Shown in pieces: positions 58,369 through 64,000 of a DNA stretch of 64,000 nt (position 1 is the stretch's first letter; each line of letters begins with the position of its first letter). The notes beneath the pieces were generated by a model. That model made no database searches. It was given only the letters and a program-made list of their open reading frames with translations, and was not told where the DNA came from. Origin of the DNA: Verrucomicrobiales bacterium (GTDB lineage Bacteria > Verrucomicrobiota > Verrucomicrobiia > Verrucomicrobiales > V1-33). The position numbers were made by a program, and so were the translations under genes. The stretch spans positions 97,017-161,016 of the forward strand of contig CBDDIW010000002.1 of NCBI GenBank assembly GCA_965229245.1. Reading direction: 5' to 3'.

Positions 58369-60759
58369 ATGGACACCGACCTGGATCTTGCCTGCCACGC
58401 CCACGAGCTTTCCGCTGAGGAGCGTGAGGCTTTCCTCAACCATGTGACAGGCGGTGATTCCGCGCGTCGTCAGGTGCTGGAAGCCCTGATTTTACAAGTA
58501 GAAGCGGCCTCCGCGTTCTTTGGAGAAGCAGAACCGGAGCGCGCGGCTTTTCCATCCGCCCGGGGGGAAAATGGGACGGCTATCGGTCCCTACATCCTGC
58601 TGGAACAAATAGGCGAGGGAGGATTCGGCACGGTGTGGATGGCGGAGCAGCGCTATCCCGTCCGGCGGAAAGTGGCGCTCAAAATTATCAAAGCGGGCAT
58701 GGATACCCGGGAGGTAGTGGCTCGTTTCGAGCAGGAGCGCCAGGCCCTGGCGATGATGGACCATCCCAACATCGCCCAGGTGTATGACGCGGGATGCACC
58801 AGCGGAGGCCGCCCGTACTTTGCCATGGAACTTGTGAAGGGCGTATCGATCACTCAATACTGTGATGAATGTCGGCTGCCTCTGAAGGAACGTCTCCTAC
58901 TCTTCAAGGACATCTGCGCGGCCATCCATCATGCCCACCAGAAGGGGATTATTCATCGGGATATCAAACCGTCGAATATTCTCGTCTCACGTGTGGAGGA
59001 CAGAGCGATTCTGAAAGTAATCGACTTTGGTATCGCGAAAGCCACCCGGGGAGCCCTGTCAGACGGCACTCTCGTGACACGTCTGGACCAGTTCATGGGA
59101 ACCCCCGCCTACATGAGCCCCGAACAGGCCTCCGGAGGGGCCATCGACATCGATACCCGCTCGGACATTTATTCCCTGGGCGTCCTGCTCTACGAACTCC
59201 TGACGGGCACCCCCCCATTCAATCAAAAGGAACTCCTGGCCGCCGGCTACGAGGCGATCCGCCGTGTGATCTGTGAACAAGACCCACCCCGGCCCTCCAT
59301 TCGAGTTGGCACCGCCACGGAAGAGGACCGGACCCGGCTGGCAAATACCCACCAGCTCCAGCCGGACCGTTTTAGACGTCTGATCAAAGGCGATCTCGAC
59401 TGGATCGTTATGCGGGCCATGGAAAAGGACCGCACGCGCCGCTATGATTCGGCGAACGCCCTGGCGGCGGATGTCCGCCATTTTCTAGCGGACGAACCGG
59501 TGAGCGCTACCCCGCCCAGCGCGGTCTATGGTTTCCGGAAATTTGCCCGGCGGCACCGGATAGCCATGGGAGCAGGAGCGGCAGTCGCGGCGGCTCTTAT
59601 CCTTGGTTTGGGAATTTCCACATGGATGTTTTTTAAAGAGCGGGCCGCGCTGGACCTGGCCGCGCAACGCCTCGTGGAGTCCGAAGATGCACGTCGGGAG
59701 GCAGAGACGACCTCTGAGTTTGTCCTGAAGATTTTTGATAGTCCCTCGCCGGCCGAGGGAGGACCCGGCGTCACGGTGGCGGAGGTGCTGGATAAAGCAG
59801 CGGCCAGGCTCGCCGCGGGAGATTACCTGGACAGACCGGAAGAGAGGTCCAGAATGCAACAAGCCATCGCATTGAGCTACGCCGGTTTAGGAATGGCCGA
59901 AAAGGCCGTCCCACTGCTGGAAGAAGCCGGAAGATACGTTAGCCAAACCTACAGCGCTGAGCAGAGACGAAGCCGGGATTTGCGCCGCCTTCTGGCCTTA
60001 CAGCTTAGTTACTCCCACTCTCATACGAAAGCCCTTCAAATAATGGAATCCTGCCTGACATGGGAATTGGATCACGATCCGGATTCGGCCAGCAGCATGA
60101 AAAGCAGAATCGACATGGCGGAATGTTTATTCAACGCTTCCCGGGATAGCAAATATTCCGGACCAAATCCTTTGCCGGAGGCGCGCAACCTTCTTCTGGA
60201 AGCCCTGCCGCTCAGCCGTCAGCGGTTCAAGACGCAACCCCAGGAAACGATAAGGGCCTTGGGCACCCTTGCCTGCGTCGAGAGCCGCATGGGACACTAT
60301 AAAGAGGCAGTGGACACCGCGGAGGAAGGTTTGAAGATCATGGGGGAAAAAGACCCAATGGCATGCCGTCTCATGTTCGTACTGACGGAAACCTTTGCAG
60401 GCATGAACCGCATGACAGATGCCACCAGGGTAGCGGAAAAAAACCTGGAACGCTGCCGGGAGATTTTTAAAGAGGGCCACGGTACCGTGATGCTGGCGGC
60501 ATCCTATCTGGGACAACTCTATAACCAGGCCGGAAGAAAAGATGATGCCATCAGTGTGTGGCAGGCCTCGCTTCTGAACGTTCCTGGTGCTGCCGTAGAC
60601 AAGGCGCGCCTGGGAGAGGCCCTTTTTGAGAAAAAACGCTACAAGGAAGCATTGGAAGTCCTGAACGTGGCGGCACGATTCTCCCCCAACGAAGCTTTGA
60701 CCTCAAAAATCGGGAAACTACTCCAGGCCACTCAGGAAAAAATAGCCGGACAAAAATAA
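58369..60759 (+). CDS. Hanks-type Ser/Thr protein kinase with a TM segment and TPR-like C terminus
   Basis: GEGGFG.V, VALK, HRDIKPSN, DFG, GTPAYMSPEQ, DIYSLG; TM; TPR-like helices. Start is TTG 58363 or ATG 58369. Confidence 0.95.
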   Translation: MDTDLDLACHAHELSAEEREAFLNHVTGGDSARRQVLEALILQVEAASAFFGEAEPERAAFPSARGENGTAIGPYILLEQIGEGGFGTVWMAEQRYPVRRKVALKIIKAGMDTREVVARFEQERQALAMMDHPNIAQVYDAGCTSGGRPYFAMELVKGVSITQYCDECRLPLKERLLLFKDICAAIHHAHQKGIIHRDIKPSNILVSRVEDRAILKVIDFGIAKATRGALSDGTLVTRLDQFMGTPAYMSPEQASGGAIDIDTRSDIYSLGVLLYELLTGTPPFNQKELLAAGYEAIRRVICEQDPPRPSIRVGTATEEDRTRLANTHQLQPDRFRRLIKGDLDWIVMRAMEKDRTRRYDSANALAADVRHFLADEPVSATPPSAVYGFRKFARRHRIAMGAGAAVAAALILGLGISTWMFFKERAALDLAAQRLVESEDARREAETTSEFVLKIFDSPSPAEGGPGVTVAEVLDKAAARLAAGDYLDRPEERSRMQQAIALSYAGLGMAEKAVPLLEEAGRYVSQTYSAEQRRSRDLRRLLALQLSYSHSHTKALQIMESCLTWELDHDPDSASSMKSRIDMAECLFNASRDSKYSGPNPLPEARNLLLEALPLSRQRFKTQPQETIRALGTLACVESRMGHYKEAVDTAEEGLKIMGEKDPMACRLMFVLTETFAGMNRMTDATRVAEKNLERCREIFKEGHGTVMLAASYLGQLYNQAGRKDDAISVWQASLLNVPGAAVDKARLGEALFEKKRYKEALEVLNVAARFSPNEALTSKIGKLLQATQEKIAGQK

Positions 60760-60867
60760 ACTGGCATCCCCGGCATCACTCAGTTGTTACCTGTGACCAG
60801 GTAATTCAGCAGTTGACGCGCGGCAAACTGCCTTGAGCGGACGACAGGACAATTCTCGACCTTTCGG

Positions 60868-61023
60868 TCCGGTCCTTCCGGATACCGGTGCCCCCCCATG
60901 AATCACGGTGGAGCTCATTCCCATCTCTGCCGGAACAGTCTTCAAGACGGTCCAGGATTAGGGAAATGACTTGAAGAAGGATTGCTGGTTAAGTCCGCCG
61001 GACCAGCGCGGGAGGACAGCGGA
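60868..61023 (+). ncRNA. Candidate 6S RNA-like structured RNA
   Basis: Long nested pairing: tccg-gtccttccg/cgggaggac-ag-cgga, ccggtg/cgccgg, a central unpaired bubble, tcattccc/gggaaatga and an apical hairpin. Lies directly upstream of ymdB. Confidence 0.5.
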
Positions 61024-61072
61024 ATCACCATGGACAAACGCCCGCTTTTCAGTCAGGGGAACAGTTGTGGAT

Positions 61073-61894
61073 ATGATCGATGAGCCTTCCCCAGGCGCGG
61101 CCACGCTGCGCATTCTTTTTCTCGGTGACGTCTTTGGCGAGCCTGGCCGCAAAGCGGTCATCGACCTCCTGCCGCGCCTAAAGGAAAAGCTGGAGATCGA
61201 CTTCATCATTGTGAATGGCGAGAACTCCGCCGCCGGGCGGGGTATCACGCCGAAGATCGCCATCGGCCTCATGCGGGCGGGGGCGGCGGTGGTGACCACG
61301 GGGGACCATGTGTGGGACCAGAACGAAATCGAGGAATTCATGTTCACGGAACCGCGCCTGCTGCGCCCGCTGAACTGGCCGGAAGGCACCCCGGGACAGG
61401 GAAGCGTGGTGCTGGAGACGGCGAAGGGGAAGGTGGCCGTGGTGAATGCCCAGGGCCGCACCTTCACCCAGCCGCCGCTGGAGAATCCTTTCATCGCCAT
61501 CGACAAGGAGGTGGAGATGCTGCGGAAGGAAACGCCGGTGATCTTCGTGGATTTCCATGCGGAGGCCACCAGCGAAAAGATCGCCATGGGCTGGCACCTG
61601 GATGGCCGGGTCTCCGCCGTGGTGGGCACGCACACGCATGTGCAGACGGCGGATGAACGCATCCTGCCGGGTGGCACCGCGTTTCTCTGCGATGCCGGGA
61701 TGTGTGGCCCCATGGACAGCGTCATCGGCAGCCAGGTGGACCCGGTACTGAAGCGGTTTCGCACCGGCAGACCGGTGAAGTTTTCCGTGGCCCGTGGACC
61801 GGTTCGCGTCTGTGGTGCCTGGGTGGAGGTGGACGTGAAAACGGGGAACGCCCTGAAGATCGAGCGCGTGGCGGAGATCTGGAACGAATCGTAG
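61073..61894 (+). CDS. ymdB: YmdB-like metallophosphoesterase (TIGR00282)
   Basis: FLGDV.G.PGR, NGENSA.G.G, GDH.WD, DFHAEATSEK, GTHTHVQTAD, D.GMCG. Confidence 0.93.
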   Translation: MIDEPSPGAATLRILFLGDVFGEPGRKAVIDLLPRLKEKLEIDFIIVNGENSAAGRGITPKIAIGLMRAGAAVVTTGDHVWDQNEIEEFMFTEPRLLRPLNWPEGTPGQGSVVLETAKGKVAVVNAQGRTFTQPPLENPFIAIDKEVEMLRKETPVIFVDFHAEATSEKIAMGWHLDGRVSAVVGTHTHVQTADERILPGGTAFLCDAGMCGPMDSVIGSQVDPVLKRFRTGRPVKFSVARGPVRVCGAWVEVDVKTGNALKIERVAEIWNES

Positions 61895-61962
61895 CGCTCC
61901 GCTTTTCCGGACGCACGCCCCGGTTGCGGGAGGCCACGACCCTCCCGGAGAGTATCCGCGCC

Positions 61963-62391
61963 ATGTTTTCCTCCCGCTGCACCTCCCTGGATCCGGAAGC
62001 CAGCCGGTTGTCTGCCCGGCAGACGCTGCTGCTCATTCTCGTGCCGCTGCTGGCCACCTTTGCCAGTCAGAGGTTGTATCTGCACTTCGTGGGAGTGCAT
62101 CATGTTTATCCAGGCGGGTATCTGGTGCATCATCTGTTCTTCGGTGTGCTGATGGTGATGCCCTCCGCGTTTGTCCTCGCCTTTGGACCCCGGACGCGCC
62201 GGGCCGCCATTCTATCCCGCGTGGCCCTGGGTAGCGGCAGCGCCATGATTCTGGATGAGATCGTTTACCTCGTGGCCACGCAGGCTTCGGACAGCGATTA
62301 CCTCTCGCCTCTCTCGCTGCGTGGGGCCCTTGTGTTCATCGCTCTTGGCGTGCTGGTGCTGGGTATGATCTACAAACGCCGCCGCGGCTGA
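61963..62391 (+). CDS. Small integral membrane protein
   Basis: Four hydrophobic segments; G...HHLFFG and G.A.ILDE motifs. Confidence 0.65.
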   Translation: MFSSRCTSLDPEASRLSARQTLLLILVPLLATFASQRLYLHFVGVHHVYPGGYLVHHLFFGVLMVMPSAFVLAFGPRTRRAAILSRVALGSGSAMILDEIVYLVATQASDSDYLSPLSLRGALVFIALGVLVLGMIYKRRRG

Positions 62392-62456
62392 ATTCGCGCG
62401 CCTACGCGCCTGGTGATTTGCGAAAGGAAAATGACCGCTCTTAAGTCCGGTCTCCC

Positions 62457-63326
62457 ATGAAATCCTTTCTGCTGATCCTTTCCCTTGTCTTCACCGCCCG
62501 CGTCCTCGCGGAGGAGCCCAAACTGGCGGTCCTGCTCATTGACGGCCAGAACAACCACAACTGGAAGAGCACCACGCCCATCCTGAAGGACGCGCTGGAA
62601 AAGAGCGGGCGCTTCACCGTGGAGGTATCCACCGCTCCCGCCGAAAAAGCCCCGGCGGAGGAATGGACGAAGTGGAATCCGCAGTTTTCCAAATACGCCG
62701 CCGTGGTGAGCAACTACAACGGCCAGCCATGGCCGGTGGCCGTGAAGATGTCCTTCGAAGCCTATGTGAGCGGCGGCGGCGGCTTCGTCTGCATCCACGC
62801 GGCGGACAATTCCTTTCCGGAATGGCCGGCGTATAACCAGATGATCGGCCTCGGCGGCTGGGGCGGGCGGAGCGAGAAGAGCGGCCCGTATGTGTATGTG
62901 AAGGACGGCGCCCTGGTGCGGGACACCACGACGGGAGCGGGAGGTAACCATGGGGCGCAGTTCGAGTGGACCGTGAATCTCTTCGGCGAAGGCAAGGAGC
63001 ACCCCATCACCAAAGGCCTCCCGGAATCCTGGAAGCACTGCAAGGATGAGCTCTACGACAAGCTGCGCGGACCGGCGGAGAACATGAAAGTCCTGGCCAC
63101 TGCCACCAGCCAGGTGACGAACCGCCCGGAACCCATGATCATGGTGATCGACCACGGCAAAGGCCGCGTCTTCCACACTCCCATGGGACACGCGGACTAC
63201 TCTATGAAGGACGTGGGATTCTACACCGTGGTGCAGCGCGGCACGGAATGGGCCGCGACGGGCAAGGTCACGATCCCCGTGCCCGCGAAGTTCCCGACAA
63301 AGGACGCCGTGCTGCCGGTGCCCTGA
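62457..63326 (+). CDS. Secreted ThuA-like (class I glutamine amidotransferase-like) domain protein
   Basis: DGQNNHNW, YVSGGGG.V.IHAA, HPITKG, DELY, GRVFHT.MGH, RGTEWAATG. Confidence 0.9.
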   Translation: MKSFLLILSLVFTARVLAEEPKLAVLLIDGQNNHNWKSTTPILKDALEKSGRFTVEVSTAPAEKAPAEEWTKWNPQFSKYAAVVSNYNGQPWPVAVKMSFEAYVSGGGGFVCIHAADNSFPEWPAYNQMIGLGGWGGRSEKSGPYVYVKDGALVRDTTTGAGGNHGAQFEWTVNLFGEGKEHPITKGLPESWKHCKDELYDKLRGPAENMKVLATATSQVTNRPEPMIMVIDHGKGRVFHTPMGHADYSMKDVGFYTVVQRGTEWAATGKVTIPVPAKFPTKDAVLPVP

Positions 63327-63349
63327 TCCGGCGGTGGCCGGGGAAGGCT

Positions 63350-64000
63350 TCACTTCCCGGGCACCATCACCGCCACCGGACCACGCCCCCGGCACAGGAG
63401 AGCCACGCGATTCGTCACGGGATCGAACAAACAAATCTGGTCCTCTCCAAGCTGGAACAGGACGATATCTCCCGGAAGCTGCATCGCGTTTCTCACCAGC
63501 CATGAAGCGCACGGCATTTCGAGGGCGAGGTGTATGCGGCTTTTGTGGTGCGCTTCCGCCTCCTGAATACCGGCAGGCTCTCCCTCCAACCCTTTGCCTG
63601 CCCAGAAGCCGGCGGAGAATTTCCATTTCCTGGTCATGTGCCGGGCAACCGGCTCCACGTCACCAAAGGTATCCCAAATGCTCTCAACGGTGAATTGTTT
63701 CCTCGCGGATTCTCCCGGATAATTCTTGAGGATCCCTAGCGGGTGCCCAAACCGGGTGTTTTCAAGCTTTACCACCGCCAGCGAGCCCTGTTCCGGGATG
63801 GCTTCATCGGCCAGCCAGGTCAGACGTTCCTGGGAATTGCGGGATTTCAGCTCGTAAATCATCTCCGGGGCGGCGGTCGATGACCTCAGGCGGTAGACGT
63901 TGCCATCTCCGTTCCCTATAAAATAAACCTCCACCCTCTCCGGTAACGGAATCCCCCCGGCGGGAACGATCTCAAAATCCCGCAGAAGAGAGGTGGAACT
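63350..64000 (-). CDS. Hypothetical protein, 5' end outside the window (partial)
   Basis: The frame of ORF 63350..63934 stays open to the right edge (SSTSLLRDFEIVPAGG...). No family recognised. Confidence 0.6.
   Translation of the reverse strand, partial: SSTSLLRDFEIVPAGGIPLPERVEVYFIGNGDGNVYRLRSSTAAPEMIYELKSRNSQERLTWLADEAIPEQGSLAVVKLENTRFGHPLGILKNYPGESARKQFTVESIWDTFGDVEPVARHMTRKWKFSAGFWAGKGLEGEPAGIQEAEAHHKSRIHLALEMPCASWLVRNAMQLPGDIVLFQLGEDQICLFDPVTNRVALLCRGRGPVAVMVPGK

Noticed and set aside
1-64000. CRISPR arrays, transposases, prophage or rRNA
   Set aside because: No regularly spaced repeats or diagnostic proteins noticed by eye; short degenerate repeats could have been missed.

Overview
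GC-rich bacterial DNA that looks verrucomicrobial (PVC superphylum). This is inferred from a PEP-CTERM protein, a planctomycete-type ECF/Ser-Thr kinase pair, a stand-alone nuoB and large secreted multidomain proteins. From left to right the window holds: (1) a truncated NRPS (C-A[Thr code]-T-E, missed by the ORF track) with a nitrilase-family gene, transcribed divergently from a Wzx/Wzy exopolysaccharide export cluster that lacks elongating glycosyltransferases; (2) rhodanese, di-heme peroxidase, hisF, GNAT, a blue copper protein and an MFS transporter; (3) a PhoX-like / PEP-CTERM / imelysin / di-heme oxidoreductase cluster; (4) large secreted proteins (lectin-CotH kinase, beta-helix protein, kexin-like S8 protease) sharing a terminal S-x-D-L-x-x-W...F-Y-R module; (5) NHL protein, serine hydrolase, chrA and VKOR-DsbA; (6) lptD plus a Yej-like peptide ABC transporter; (7) tRNA-Tyr, tyrS, an ArsI/ArsM-like fusion, gltX, aroE, a CAAX protease and nuoB; (8) an ECF/kinase/hydrolase module with a duplicated bipartite promoter motif; (9) a 6S-like RNA, ymdB and a ThuA-like gene. 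All calls come from reading motifs by eye; no database search was run.
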